Shown: positions 49,092 to 60,103 of the stretch, piece after piece
How positions within the stretch are numbered: the stretch's first letter is position 1
Layout: each line of letters begins with the position of its first letter
Origin: Candidatus Multivoradales bacterium
GTDB lineage: Bacteria; Acidobacteriota; Thermoanaerobaculia; Multivoradales; J023
NCBI GenBank assembly: GCA_965250305.1
Contig: CBDFNS010000025.1
Coordinates: 618,766-682,765, forward strand
Length of the DNA: 64,000 bases
Reading direction: 5' to 3'
Made by a program: the position numbers and the translations under genes
The notes under the pieces: model-generated
The model's input: the letters and a program-made list of their open reading frames with translations, nothing else
The model's database searches: none
Told to the model about the DNA's origin: nothing

Positions 49092-50441
49092 ATGATGACG
49101 TGGACCAAGATGCTGTTCGTTGTTCCGATGCTGACCGTCTTGGGCGCGAGCCACCTCCATGGAGACTCTGGGGGAGACGAAAGGAAACGTTTCGAGTTTG
49201 GATTCGAGGTCAAGGGCCACTACCGCGACACCGACGCGGTCGTTTTGCCGACGAGTTTTGCGGACCCGTTCAACCCCACGACTCCGGTGATGCTGACCAG
49301 CGTCGATCCTGGCGATCACTTCGAGCTGTCGGTCGTGACCCTGTTTTTCGATGCGCGTTTTGGGCGCAATCGCCGACACCAGTTTCACGTCAAGATCGAC
49401 ACCATCGACCTGCACGACCGCAATCCGACCTCGGAGGGCTCGCCGATCAACGTCGATGAAGCCTGGGTTCGCTTCGGGCGCGAAATGGAATCAGGTGATC
49501 CGTTTGAAGGCGCTGGTAGCTACCTCAAGGCCGGTAAGTTCCCGCACTTCGAGCGCCAAGACGACCGTCATCTCGAGAGCTACGGTCTGATTTCGACGGC
49601 CTTCAACCGCATGGAGGACATTGGCCTCGAGACAGGTTGGCGTTTGGGCCGTCACTTCTACGGCAGAGTCTCCGTGACCCAGGGCAATCCCGTTTTCTTT
49701 CGCGATCCAACCGCGCTGGCTGGCGACAACGGTGATGACCGCTTGCTGCAAGGCGAAGAAACTCCGCGCGGTGACGGCCTGGCGATCCTCTATGACTTCG
49801 AGACCGACGAGGTTGACTTGAATGGACGCGACCCCGAGGTCGGTTTGGGTTTGGGACTGCGCTTTGGCGACGAGGCCGGTGCGCGGGCGGCGGACGTTTT
49901 GGTGTGGGGTTATCGTCGTGATTTGGATCAAACCGTGTCGATTTCGAACAGTTTCTACGGCGGTGATCTCGATCTCCTGCGCGGCCCGCTCAGTAACAGC
50001 ATCAGCGCGCCCTTCTCGTTTGCCGTCACCAACGATGAGAAACGCGAATTCGGCGCCAACCTTTGGCTCTATCTGGGCGGCTTTTCATTCTTCGGCCAGT
50101 ATGTCGATCAGGAACTCGCGGGGCTCGATCGGACCGGTTTCGAGGCCGAGGTTGCCTGGCAGATCGAGCTGCCGCTGATGGGCTCCATCGGTGGCCGGCA
50201 GCTGTTTCCGGTGATCGCGCCCGCCATCCGCTACTCCAAGCTCGAGCCCGACTTCGCCATTCCCAACCCGTCGCCCTCGCCATCCTTCGCGTGGGAATGG
50301 GAGAAGATCGACATCGGTCTGCGCGCGACCATCATCGAAGGCGTTGATCTGACCCTCGAATACGCGATCAACGAGTTTATTCGCGGTGGCAAGCCGGTCA
50401 ACAACGACGAGGCCCTGGCCACCGTTCGCTGGCGAATGTAG
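49092..50441 (+). CDS. Putative outer-membrane beta-barrel protein
   Basis: Signal peptide, amphipathic beta-strands, C-terminal ATVRWRM. Confidence 0.6.
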   Translation: MMTWTKMLFVVPMLTVLGASHLHGDSGGDERKRFEFGFEVKGHYRDTDAVVLPTSFADPFNPTTPVMLTSVDPGDHFELSVVTLFFDARFGRNRRHQFHVKIDTIDLHDRNPTSEGSPINVDEAWVRFGREMESGDPFEGAGSYLKAGKFPHFERQDDRHLESYGLISTAFNRMEDIGLETGWRLGRHFYGRVSVTQGNPVFFRDPTALAGDNGDDRLLQGEETPRGDGLAILYDFETDEVDLNGRDPEVGLGLGLRFGDEAGARAADVLVWGYRRDLDQTVSISNSFYGGDLDLLRGPLSNSISAPFSFAVTNDEKREFGANLWLYLGGFSFFGQYVDQELAGLDRTGFEAEVAWQIELPLMGSIGGRQLFPVIAPAIRYSKLEPDFAIPNPSPSPSFAWEWEKIDIGLRATIIEGVDLTLEYAINEFIRGGKPVNNDEALATVRWRM

Positions 50442-50457
50442 CCGGGAAAGACACGCT

Positions 50458-51264
50458 GTGGCTGATCAGGCGATTCGGCTTGTGGCCCTGGGCGCGAGCA
50501 ATCTGTACCGTGACCTACCGACGTTGACGGCCGCCCTGGCCGCGCGCTCGTCCACGCCGATCGATGTGGTGGCGGCGTGCGGGAACGGCCGGGCGTACGG
50601 CAGCTGGAGCCAGTGTGTCGCCATCCGCGCGCTGCCCGGCATCATCGAGTGTGGGTTGTGGCCTGCCTTGGCAACGAAGCCGGCGCCGCCCAACCATGGC
50701 CTGCTCATGGACATCGGGAATGACCTCGTTTACGGCGCGCGAGCGCGCGATGTGGTGGCCTGGGTCACGACCTGCGTCGAGCGACTCCAACAGGCGGGGA
50801 CCGTCAACATCGCGTTGGTCCTGCCACCGATCGAGGTGGTGTCGGCTTTGCCGCGGTGGCGCTATCACCTGGCCAAGGCCCTGCTGTTTCCCAGTCGCCA
50901 GCTCGACCATCATGTGCTCAGTGCGCGATTGGACCGGGTCGAGACCGAGCTTCGCATGTTGGCCGATCGTCATGGGTTGCGCTTGATTGAACAAGATCCA
51001 GGATGGTTCGGGATCGACCCGATTCATCCCCGGCCGCCGGGCCGCAAGGCCTTACTGGCGAAGTTACTGGCGGCGTGGTCGAAGGATCAGAGCGATGGTG
51101 GCGTGTCTGGGCAGACCGTGGATCCGGTTGTCGCCACGACCCTCGAGGCCCGTCTCCGTTGGCGACCGCTGGTTGCGGCGCAGGCCAAGATCCTGGGCCG
51201 TGTGCGGCATCAGCATCAACCCGTGTTTCAGATGGAGAATGAAGCCACCGTCGCCTGTTACTGA
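50458..51264 (+). CDS. Hypothetical protein, SGNH/GDSL-like
   Basis: LVALGASN, DIGND and D.IHP resemble SGNH blocks. Confidence 0.55.
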   Translation: MADQAIRLVALGASNLYRDLPTLTAALAARSSTPIDVVAACGNGRAYGSWSQCVAIRALPGIIECGLWPALATKPAPPNHGLLMDIGNDLVYGARARDVVAWVTTCVERLQQAGTVNIALVLPPIEVVSALPRWRYHLAKALLFPSRQLDHHVLSARLDRVETELRMLADRHGLRLIEQDPGWFGIDPIHPRPPGRKALLAKLLAAWSKDQSDGGVSGQTVDPVVATTLEARLRWRPLVAAQAKILGRVRHQHQPVFQMENEATVACY

Positions 51265-51431
51265 ACCTAGCTTTGCGTTCGATTGCGAGGCGGGTGTGGT
51301 GAGGCTACGACGATCGGAAATGCGAGGACGTGGCGAACGGTGACTGAAGTCACCGCCTAAACAAGGTGGTCCCTGAGGGACCGCTGTCGGGTTCGATGCG
51401 GCGGTGTGGCGCGTCACGTACAATTGGCACC

Positions 51432-54188
51432 ATGAGGAATGAACGTCCCTTCCATCGCGCCTGGATGGCTGTCGCAGCTTTGACGCTTGTCGCCAGCGCC
51501 GTCCCATTCGTTCGCGCCGACGGCGCGTTGCACGACCCCCGCGAAGTGCGCCTGGCCGAAGTTCGACAGCTTACCTTTGGTGGCGAGAACGCCGAGGCCT
51601 ATTGGTCGTTCGACGGCCAAGAGCTGATCTTTCAGTCCACCGCGCCCCCGCATGAGTGTGATCAGATCTTCCGCATGCGTCCGGATGAGCCGGGAAAGCG
51701 TCGGCTCGTTTCAACCGGCAAAGGGCGAACCACGTGCGCCTACTTCTTCCCGGGCAACGAGCGAATTCTCTATGCGTCGACCCACGAGGCGCACGTGGCG
51801 TGCCCCGCCAAGCCCGATCGCTCCCAAGGCTACGTTTGGCCGATCTATCCGGGTTACGAGATTTACAGTGCGTCGGCGGATGGTAGCGACTTGACCGCCC
51901 TGACCGATAATGACAGCTACGACGCCGAGGCGACCGTGTGTGCGGTGGACGGCTCGATGGTGTTCACCTCCTCCCGCGACGGCGATCTCGAGCTGTACCG
52001 CATGGACGCTGATGGCGGCAATGTTACCCGCTTCACCGACGAGCCCGGTTACGACGGCGGCGCGTTCTTCAATGCCGACTGTAGCCAGATTGTTTGGCGC
52101 GCCTCGCGGCCCGAGGGCGAAGCGTTGGCCGACTACCAGCGCTTGCTGGCGCAAGGCCTGGTGCGGCCGACCAAGCTGGAGCTCTTCGTAGCCAATGCCG
52201 ACGGCAGCCAGGTTCGGCAACTTACTTACTTCGGCGCTGGCACGTTTGCACCGTTCTTTCACCCATCAGGTGAGCGGGTTCTGTTTTCGAGCAACCACGG
52301 TGACCCGCGAGGCCGAGAGTTCGATATTTGGGCGATCGACGTCGACGGCACCAACCTCGAGCGCATCACGTTCTCGGAGGGTTTCGATGGCTTTCCGATG
52401 TTCTCGCCCGACGGGCAAACGCTCGCGTTTTCGTCGAACCGCAATCAGGGCAAGCCCGGCGAGACCGACGTCTACGTCGCGCGCTGGGTTGAGGAGCCCG
52501 CGACGGCGCCGGTGATCGAAGTGTCGGCGGCGGACCGATACCGCGACGATGTTGCTTGGCTGGCCGACGACGCGCGCGACGGCCGGGGAATTGGGACGCC
52601 TGGACTCGAGGCGGCCGCTGCCTGGCTGCAAACGCGATTTGCCGAAGTCGGGCTCGAGCCGGCGGGTACGGATGGGTTCCGCCAGGGCTTCACCGTACCG
52701 GTAAAGGTCGAAGCGGGCGCGGCGACGGCGTTCGCGATCAACGGCGAGTCGGTGGCTAGCGATCAATTCGTCGCGGCTTCGTTTTCGTCGTCCGACTCGG
52801 CGCAGGGTGAGGTCGTGGCGGTCGGCTATGGCATCAGCGCCGCTGAGCTTGGGCACGACGACTACCACGCGCTGGACGTCAACGAAAAAATCGTCGCGGT
52901 ACGCCGCTACGTTCCGGCGGGTGACACCTTTGCCGAGGATCGTTCTCAACGGCGCTATGGTGACTTGCGCTACAAGGCCTGGAACGCCCGTGAGCATGGT
53001 GCCGCGGGGGTGATCATCGTGGATTGGCCCGTGGCCGTCGAAGGCGAGGCAAGGCCCGAGGAAGCACCCTTGCCACGGTTGGGCATCGACCGAGAGGGTA
53101 CAGCTGGCTTGCCGGTGGTGATCGCGAGCCGAGCGTCGGCAACGGACTTGTTCGGTGACGAGGCCCACCAAGCATCGATCACGGTGGCGATTGACATCAC
53201 CACCTCCGAGACCCACAACATCGTCGGACGGCTCCCGGCGAGCGGTCAACCGATCGGTGGGCCGGTGGTGATCGGCGCGCACTACGATCATCTTGGCCTC
53301 GGCGGACGTGGCTCGTTGGCACCCGACGAGGAAGCGCCTCACAACGGCGCCGACGACAACGCGTCGGGCACCGCGGCACTGATCGAGATCGCGCGGCAGC
53401 TGGGCGAGCGACGGGATGCGCTGAAACGTGACATCTATGTCGTGGCGTTTTCGGGCGAAGAGTCTGGTTTGCTCGGTTCCACACATTTCGCCAAGGAGCC
53501 ACCCTCGGACCTGGTCTTGGACAGCGTCGTGGCGATGATTAATCTCGATATGGTGGGCCGTCTACGCGACAATCAGGTGGCGGCTTTGGGCGCGGCCTCG
53601 GCAACGGAGTGGCACGACCTGGTTCCCGGTGCGTGCGACCGAGCAAAGATTGGTTGCACCTTGGGCGGCGACGGCTACGGCCCATCGGACCAAACCCCGT
53701 TCTACGCCGCGGGCATCCCCGTCTTGCACTTCTTCACGGGCACCCACGAGGAGTACCACCGTCCCTCGGACGATAGTTGGCGGATCAACGCCGCGGGAGG
53801 CGTGCGCATCGCTACCGTCGTCGCGGATATCGGTGCCGCGCTCGGAGCACGGGAAGCACCGTTGACCTACGTCGAAGCCGAGGCGCCCGCACCGCGAGGC
53901 GACAGCCGCTCCTATGGCGCGTCGCTCGGCACCATTCCAGACTACGCCGACGACAGTGGTGGGGTCCTGCTCGCGGGCGTTCGTCCAGGCGGCGCGGCCG
54001 AGCAGGGTGGCATGAAGCGTGGGGATCGGTTGGTGGAGTTGGCGGGTCACGCCGTTGGCGACATTTACGACTTCATGTTCGTCCTGCGTCAGTCCAAGCC
54101 GGGCGACACCGTTTCCGCGATCATTGAACGTGCCGGCGAGCGTGTCTCCTTGGAGGTCACCTTTGGGGCGACGACATCGTTGCAGTAG
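51432..54188 (+). CDS. M28 family peptidase with PD40 propeller, PA and PDZ domains
   Basis: GENAEAYWSFDG and FSPDG repeats, IGAHYDHLG, GADDNASG, FSGEESG, PSDQ, YHRPSD, LGTIPDY..PDZ. Confidence 0.9.
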   Translation: MRNERPFHRAWMAVAALTLVASAVPFVRADGALHDPREVRLAEVRQLTFGGENAEAYWSFDGQELIFQSTAPPHECDQIFRMRPDEPGKRRLVSTGKGRTTCAYFFPGNERILYASTHEAHVACPAKPDRSQGYVWPIYPGYEIYSASADGSDLTALTDNDSYDAEATVCAVDGSMVFTSSRDGDLELYRMDADGGNVTRFTDEPGYDGGAFFNADCSQIVWRASRPEGEALADYQRLLAQGLVRPTKLELFVANADGSQVRQLTYFGAGTFAPFFHPSGERVLFSSNHGDPRGREFDIWAIDVDGTNLERITFSEGFDGFPMFSPDGQTLAFSSNRNQGKPGETDVYVARWVEEPATAPVIEVSAADRYRDDVAWLADDARDGRGIGTPGLEAAAAWLQTRFAEVGLEPAGTDGFRQGFTVPVKVEAGAATAFAINGESVASDQFVAASFSSSDSAQGEVVAVGYGISAAELGHDDYHALDVNEKIVAVRRYVPAGDTFAEDRSQRRYGDLRYKAWNAREHGAAGVIIVDWPVAVEGEARPEEAPLPRLGIDREGTAGLPVVIASRASATDLFGDEAHQASITVAIDITTSETHNIVGRLPASGQPIGGPVVIGAHYDHLGLGGRGSLAPDEEAPHNGADDNASGTAALIEIARQLGERRDALKRDIYVVAFSGEESGLLGSTHFAKEPPSDLVLDSVVAMINLDMVGRLRDNQVAALGAASATEWHDLVPGACDRAKIGCTLGGDGYGPSDQTPFYAAGIPVLHFFTGTHEEYHRPSDDSWRINAAGGVRIATVVADIGAALGAREAPLTYVEAEAPAPRGDSRSYGASLGTIPDYADDSGGVLLAGVRPGGAAEQGGMKRGDRLVELAGHAVGDIYDFMFVLRQSKPGDTVSAIIERAGERVSLEVTFGATTSLQ

Positions 54189-54245
54189 TGTGCGGTAGGA
54201 TTGTGGGGCGTTCGCCCCACACCCATACAGCGAAAGGAGTCGGCC

Positions 54246-54635
54246 ATGAGCAAAGCCGTCATGATCGCCCGTGTTCTCTTGGGCCTGATTTTCGTCGTCT
54301 TCGGTACCAACTACTTCTTCAACTTCCTACCCCAGCCGCCCATGAACGAGCAGGCAGGCGCGTTCATCGGTGCACTTTTGGCGAGTGGATATCTGTTTCC
54401 GTTCATGAAGGTCGTCGATATCGCGGCCGGCATCATGCTGCTGATGGGGCGTTTCGTGCCATTGGCCCTGGTTCTCTTGGCGCCCATCGTGATTAACATC
54501 TTCTTGTTCCATGTGTTCCTCGATACCTCGGGTATGGTCATGGCGCTGGTTATCCTGATTCTGGAGCTTTTCCTCGCGTGGGCCTATTGGGGGTCATTCC
54601 GGGGCATGCTGAGCCCGGCCCAGCCCGACGTTTGA
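54246..54635 (+). CDS. DoxX-family membrane protein
   Basis: RVLLGLIFVVFG.N.F, LASGYLF, LAPIVINI.LFH; RBS AAGGAG. Confidence 0.8.
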   Translation: MSKAVMIARVLLGLIFVVFGTNYFFNFLPQPPMNEQAGAFIGALLASGYLFPFMKVVDIAAGIMLLMGRFVPLALVLLAPIVINIFLFHVFLDTSGMVMALVILILELFLAWAYWGSFRGMLSPAQPDV

Positions 54636-54822
54636 GTCCTATGAGCCTCCCTTCTCGATACCGAGCGGGGAGGTGCTAGAACGCGCGACACGCTCCGTGC
54701 TCGTGAGGTCGCCATATCGACGCAACCGGATGCCGTGGTTGCCCATTTCGGGTGGCGTCACAGGTGGCGCCAGTAAGTAAATGCTGTTCTCGCAATAACA
54801 GTCTCAATCAAAGCTGCAAGAT

Positions 54823-57800
54823 ATGTGCTCTAGTCTGATATTGGTTCTCTTCGTGGTTTCGTCCAGCGCCGTTGTTCCAGACAGCGGAGCGCTGGCGTCG
54901 TTATCGCTCTCGGGTCACGTTCGTGACGAGCGCGATAGGCCGATCCGCAAGGCTACCGTTCATCTCTATCCCATCGAGAACGAATACAAGCGGGCGCACG
55001 GTTGGCTTTCCGGTCGTGAGAAAGAACCCGTTGCTCAGACTTGGACCGGCCACGATGGTGGTTTCGTGCTCGCCGTACCTGGCGAGGGATTTTGGGAGAT
55101 TGCCGTCTCCTCTCCGGGACGCCTATCAATGCGGTTGCCGTTGACGCCGCTTCTGGAATCAACCGAGCTGCCAGCTTTGACGTTGCCCGAAGCACGGCAA
55201 CAGAGTCTGACGGTGCGTTCATTCGCTGGCGAGCCACTCACGAGCGCACGGGTTGGCATCGAGCTTCAACCTGCTCGACACGGGCGTGACCGAACACCCG
55301 ATTGGCGACCGACGCGGCAGTGGGTCCGAACCGATCAAGGAGGTCTTGCGAGGCTCGAGACTGCAGCAGGTTTCGTGGGTCGGATGAGCGTGGTGGCGCC
55401 CGGCCATAGCCCGCGGATTGCATGGTTTCGAGGCGGGTCCGTACCCCTCGAGAATCGACTCGACCACGGCAAGCCGGTCCGGCTCGAGGTAACAACCGTT
55501 GATGGGAGCAATGCCGCCAGGGTATTGGTTTGGCTTGGATCGACATTGGTCGCGAAAACCGACGATTTTGGTCGTGCGAGGCTTCATCTTCCCACCACCG
55601 GTACGAGCACGATCTTGATCATGGCGGAAGCGGGTGAGTTCGGAATCGCGACGCTCGACGGCGAGGCGACTGAGGCGACCGAGCCGGAAGTCGTTGGCAT
55701 CACTTTGCGGGCACCGCCAGCCGTGGCCGGTCTCGTTCTAGATGGCAGTACGAAAATGCCTGTCGAGAGTGCCTACGTTTGGGACGCTGCGGATCCGGCG
55801 ACGTTCGTACGAACCGGCAAGGACGGTCGTTTCCGGAGCCCTTACCACGAAAGAGACGTTCACGCCTCATCCTTGATGGTGGCGGCAAAGGGCTATGCCT
55901 CAGCTACGGTTCGAGCCTTCGAGAGTACAAGGGCGAACGTCTATTTGGCGCCGATCGTCGAGGTCTTCGGGCTCGTGCAGGACCGCGGTGGGACACCGTT
56001 GGCTGGCGTCCGGGTGTCCGCGGAGCCCAGCGAAACTAAGGCAGAATCGGGAAGCGATGGGCGTTTTGTGCTGCCTTTGGTTGCCGGCGGCCGCTACACG
56101 CTGCACGCGTTCGAGACGGGCTTACTGCCCTCCGAGTTGGACTACTTGGTTGGCGGCTCGAACAACGGGTTCAATTCACCTGTGGTGTTGACTCTCGGTC
56201 GCGGCAGTGTCGTGGCTGGCAGGATTGTTGATGGGCACGGTAGGGGGCTGGCGGGTGCCCAGGTCAGGGTCCAATCGTTGTCATCGGTGCTGGCTGATAC
56301 CGCGACCTCGGTTTGGCCGCGCGACCAAATGACGCTTGGAACGGTGACGGATCCGGAGGGACATTTCGAACTAGGGCTCTTACCCTTCGGGCGCCTTCGG
56401 ATGGTGGCATCGGCGCCAGGTTTCATCAGCTATGACTCGGGTGCGTTTTCGATCGATGAGTCGTATAGGACCCTCGACCTTGGTCCGATCGAGCTACAGC
56501 CTGGTCTTGCTCTCGAGGGATGGGTGGAGGATCAGCGCGGCGATCCGATTGAAGGCGTCCGGATCAAGGCGACCAACGCATCGTCGGCATCGGCTGGCGA
56601 TGACGGTGAGGTGGGCCGGTTGGTGACCTACACCAACAAGGAAGGTCGGTTTGCTCTTCGGGAGTTGGGTGCGTTCGACGTTGTTGATCTGCTCTTCGAG
56701 GGCGACGGTTTCAGTCGACTTCTCAAGCGTGGCATTCGGTTGCCCCGTCGCGAGCCTCTCGAAGTAACCATAGAGGAAATGGCGGAGATTCGCGGACTCG
56801 TTGTGGGGCCTGACGGCAAAGGCGTACCCGGCGCCATCGTCATGCCGCATCGCAGTGAGACCCTGGCCGGTAGCAGTGCCAAAGGTCTGTCGACTGATCA
56901 AGACGGTCGTTTCGAGTTGGCGTCGCCGCCGGGTCGGGTGCTTCTGACGGTCGCCGCCGCTGAGTTCTCGTCCGCTCAGAAGTGGATCGAATTGTCGCCA
57001 GGAGCCTCGGTCGACGGTTTGGTCGTCGCGCTCGATGAGGGAACCACGCTTGCCGGCATCGTGAAGACGGCCGAGGGCGATCCAGTGGTCGGAGCGAGGG
57101 TAGAGCTACTGCCAGGCTCGCTTGGCAACCAGCGACCACGAAAGGCCACGACCGATGAAGAAGGCTTCTACCGGCTGGTTGGTCTGTCACCTGGGCACTA
57201 TCCGGTGCTGATTAGAGCCAACGGTTATCCGAGCCTCATGGTGGAGGAATTGTGGGTCGGGCCCCATGGTGCGCAACACGATTTCACGCTTGTTTCGGGC
57301 CACCGCGTCGCAGGCCACGTTGTTGATGCCGAAGGACTGCCCGTTGCCGATGCTCGTGTCTACGCTCGCGATGAAACTCAGCGTTCAGCCGGTTACGCGG
57401 CCACCGATCCCCACGGGGCTTTCGAGCTGCGAGGTGTCCCCGATGGGAGGTACAAGCTCCAAGTGACAGCGAAAGGGTTGGCAACATCGTGGAGTGACGA
57501 CATCGTCGTCGCTGGAGGCCAGCGGCAAGAGATTCGGGTTCAGATGGATGCGGGTTTTTCGGTGCACGGTACTGTGCGTGGCCTGTCTCCCGATGACCTT
57601 GGTGCGGTGGAGATCTCGCTGCCGGCACTGTCGAACGACATCAGCAGGACAGACGGCAAGGGCCAGTTCTTGCTGGCGGGTGTGCCATCGGGAAGGTGGT
57701 ACCTGATGGCGCGGGAGACCCGGTCTGGACGCTCGGTGGGACGGTGGTTCGAGGCGGACGCGGGCGAGGGTGAGGTCTTCGTCGAGATCTCCTTTGATGA

Positions 57801-58338
57801 GGGGTTAAGCGTCCGGGGTCGTCTGCTGGTAGACGGGCACCCGCAAGCGGGAGCGTTTGTGACGGCGGAGTTCGCTGGGCTACCACAAGGGGTGAATGCC
57901 TGGACAGATGAGACTGGTGCTTTCTCGTTCCAAGGATTAGAACAAGGAGGCATCTTGCTACGGCTCAGCAGCCCCTTGCAGGCCTTGGCCCATCGCTCCG
58001 CACTCAACCTCGAACACGACGAGGAGATCGTCTTCGAATTCGTGACCCATGGTCTTGCCGGTAAGCTGCATGAGGCAACCACCGGTAACGCCATTCCTGG
58101 GGTCCTCGTTACGGTCGAGCCACACGTAGATTCGTGGAGCCAGCTCGAGACCTCGGGTTGGATTGTTACGGATACCCTGGGCCGGTTCGACACCGGGCTG
58201 ATCGCACCGGGACGCTACACCGTAACGGCTGATGCTCCTGGATTTGAGCTGAGATCGGTCCCATACGAAGTTGGGCTTAGTGGCCACAGTGAAGCGTTGT
58301 TGATCGGGCTCGAGCCAGCCGGCGAGGTGTCGGATTGA
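54823..58338 (+). CDS. Secreted carboxypeptidase-regulatory-like (beta-sandwich) repeat protein
   Basis: Signal peptide and repeated G.V.D..G.P..GA.V..TD..G.F units. Confidence 0.8.
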   Translation: MCSSLILVLFVVSSSAVVPDSGALASLSLSGHVRDERDRPIRKATVHLYPIENEYKRAHGWLSGREKEPVAQTWTGHDGGFVLAVPGEGFWEIAVSSPGRLSMRLPLTPLLESTELPALTLPEARQQSLTVRSFAGEPLTSARVGIELQPARHGRDRTPDWRPTRQWVRTDQGGLARLETAAGFVGRMSVVAPGHSPRIAWFRGGSVPLENRLDHGKPVRLEVTTVDGSNAARVLVWLGSTLVAKTDDFGRARLHLPTTGTSTILIMAEAGEFGIATLDGEATEATEPEVVGITLRAPPAVAGLVLDGSTKMPVESAYVWDAADPATFVRTGKDGRFRSPYHERDVHASSLMVAAKGYASATVRAFESTRANVYLAPIVEVFGLVQDRGGTPLAGVRVSAEPSETKAESGSDGRFVLPLVAGGRYTLHAFETGLLPSELDYLVGGSNNGFNSPVVLTLGRGSVVAGRIVDGHGRGLAGAQVRVQSLSSVLADTATSVWPRDQMTLGTVTDPEGHFELGLLPFGRLRMVASAPGFISYDSGAFSIDESYRTLDLGPIELQPGLALEGWVEDQRGDPIEGVRIKATNASSASAGDDGEVGRLVTYTNKEGRFALRELGAFDVVDLLFEGDGFSRLLKRGIRLPRREPLEVTIEEMAEIRGLVVGPDGKGVPGAIVMPHRSETLAGSSAKGLSTDQDGRFELASPPGRVLLTVAAAEFSSAQKWIELSPGASVDGLVVALDEGTTLAGIVKTAEGDPVVGARVELLPGSLGNQRPRKATTDEEGFYRLVGLSPGHYPVLIRANGYPSLMVEELWVGPHGAQHDFTLVSGHRVAGHVVDAEGLPVADARVYARDETQRSAGYAATDPHGAFELRGVPDGRYKLQVTAKGLATSWSDDIVVAGGQRQEIRVQMDAGFSVHGTVRGLSPDDLGAVEISLPALSNDISRTDGKGQFLLAGVPSGRWYLMARETRSGRSVGRWFEADAGEGEVFVEISFDEGLSVRGRLLVDGHPQAGAFVTAEFAGLPQGVNAWTDETGAFSFQGLEQGGILLRLSSPLQALAHRSALNLEHDEEIVFEFVTHGLAGKLHEATTGNAIPGVLVTVEPHVDSWSQLETSGWIVTDTLGRFDTGLIAPGRYTVTADAPGFELRSVPYEVGLSGHSEALLIGLEPAGEVSD

Positions 58339-58437
58339 GCCCAACGTTCTATTCAATATAGGAGAAAGAAAATGAGGCAAGGGACCCGAATCGTGATCAA
58401 GGTTGGAGCCGTGAACGCTGTCCTCTTTGTTGCGATG

Positions 58438-58506
58438 GCCACCGATCCTCTTCATGAAGAACTCGTCGAGATTGGAGCTGACAATGGCAAGGAACTTGAC
58501 GCGCTC
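58438..58506 (-). pseudogene. ppk1: 23-codon orphan fragment of polyphosphate kinase 1
   Basis: Translates to ERVKFLAIVSSNLDEFFMKRIGG, the conserved PPK1 N-terminal motif; flanks unrelated. Confidence 0.7.
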
Positions 58507-58915
58507 CGTGGCTGAGGCAGGGCGGCTGGTCTCGAGACCGGTAACGCTGGCCGGTCGGGTCGCCCGGATCGCGGGGAGCCTGGCAGCCGAAGATCTCGCG
58601 CGATTCTTCCGCCCGGCCTTCCCACACTACGACGTCGCCTTGGACGCTCTGGGTTGCCCGCCTTGCCGAGACAGCAACGCATCGGTGGGTCGGTAGCGAG
58701 TGCACCGTGCCGCGCTTCGCGATAGACCGAGTAGAATCCCGAAAGAGACGTGACAGGCGAAGTATCGACATCCCAGGCTTTCTCGTCGTTGCTGAAAGCA
58801 TCGTCGACAGTTGAGTAGTCGGCCGCTCGAATGCCCCTGGCCGCAACCCCTGGCGCTCCGGTGACGTAAGATCTACCGACAAGCCCTCAGTGATTTCGAG
58901 CGAGAAGGAGCTTCC

Positions 58916-60103
58916 ATGCAGACATCGGTTGCAGCCCAGGCTGGCGCCGTGCCCAACGTTCGGACCGCGGCCTTACCTTGGTACGTCGTGGCGATGGCGG
59001 TGGGCGCCACCAGCATCGTGATTGGTGTGATCTGGGATATCTCGTGGCATAGCACCATCGGTCGCGACAGCTTCTGGACACCGGCTCACATTGCCATCTA
59101 CCTCGGCGGCGTGGTCGGTGGACTGTGCGGTGGTTGGTTGGCGATCAAGACCACGTTCTTCGGCACACCGGCCGAGAAAGCGTCAGCGGTACGTTTCTGG
59201 GGCTTCCGGGCGCCGCTGGGTGCCTGGGTGGCGATCTGGGGCAGCATCGCCATGATCACCTCGGCGCCGTTCGACGATTGGTGGCACAACGCCTATGGGC
59301 TCGATGTCGAGATTCTGAGCCCGCCGCACACGTTGTTGGCCTTGGGCATGTTCGGTGTGACCTTGGGTGCTCTGCTGCTCGCCGTGGCGCAGCAGAACCA
59401 GCGGTTGGCGACCGAAGGAACTCCGACGGCCGCGTCGTGTACGGGCTTTGGTCTCAACTATGCCTACTTGGCGGGGGTTACGCTGGCCCTAGTTGCGATT
59501 ATGGGGACCGAGTACCGGTGGACCCATATCCAGCATAGCGGCGAATTCTACTTGGTCTCGTCGGCGGTTTTTCCCCTGTTTCTGATTGGCCTCGCCAGCG
59601 CCGCCCGGCTGCGATGGCCGGCAACCGCGGTGGCGTTCTTTTATATGGCGATCAACGTCGCGATGATCTGGATCCTGCCGCTATTTTCGGCCGAGCCGAA
59701 GCTGGCCCCCATTCACAATCCGGTGACCCACATGGTCGTCGACTGCTGGCCTCTTTTCCTGTTGATACCGGCGGTCGCCATTGACGTGATCTCTCGCTGG
59801 TGGGGTGATCGTGGTGATTGGCGACTGACGGTCCTGCTGGCCACCACGTTTCTCGGCTTCTTCGTGCTCACCCAGTGGAACATCTCCCGCTTCTTGATCT
59901 CTGATAGCGCACACAACTGGTTCTTCGCGGGCGACAAGATCTGGAGCTACAACAGCAGCCCAGGTGAGTATCAGACACGGTTTTGGCGCCTCGAAAGAGA
60001 TCCACTCACTGTGGGCAAGCTCGGGATTGCGTTGGCCCTAGCGATGGTCTCCAGGCGCTTGGGGTTGTGGTGGGCGCGTGGTTTGGCGCGGGTGAAGCGA
60101 TGA
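58916..60103 (+). CDS. Multi-pass membrane hypothetical protein
   Basis: WDISWH..IGRD.FWTPAH and DDWWHNAYGLDV..LSPPH motifs; many TMs. Confidence 0.75.
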   Translation: MQTSVAAQAGAVPNVRTAALPWYVVAMAVGATSIVIGVIWDISWHSTIGRDSFWTPAHIAIYLGGVVGGLCGGWLAIKTTFFGTPAEKASAVRFWGFRAPLGAWVAIWGSIAMITSAPFDDWWHNAYGLDVEILSPPHTLLALGMFGVTLGALLLAVAQQNQRLATEGTPTAASCTGFGLNYAYLAGVTLALVAIMGTEYRWTHIQHSGEFYLVSSAVFPLFLIGLASAARLRWPATAVAFFYMAINVAMIWILPLFSAEPKLAPIHNPVTHMVVDCWPLFLLIPAVAIDVISRWWGDRGDWRLTVLLATTFLGFFVLTQWNISRFLISDSAHNWFFAGDKIWSYNSSPGEYQTRFWRLERDPLTVGKLGIALALAMVSRRLGLWWARGLARVKR

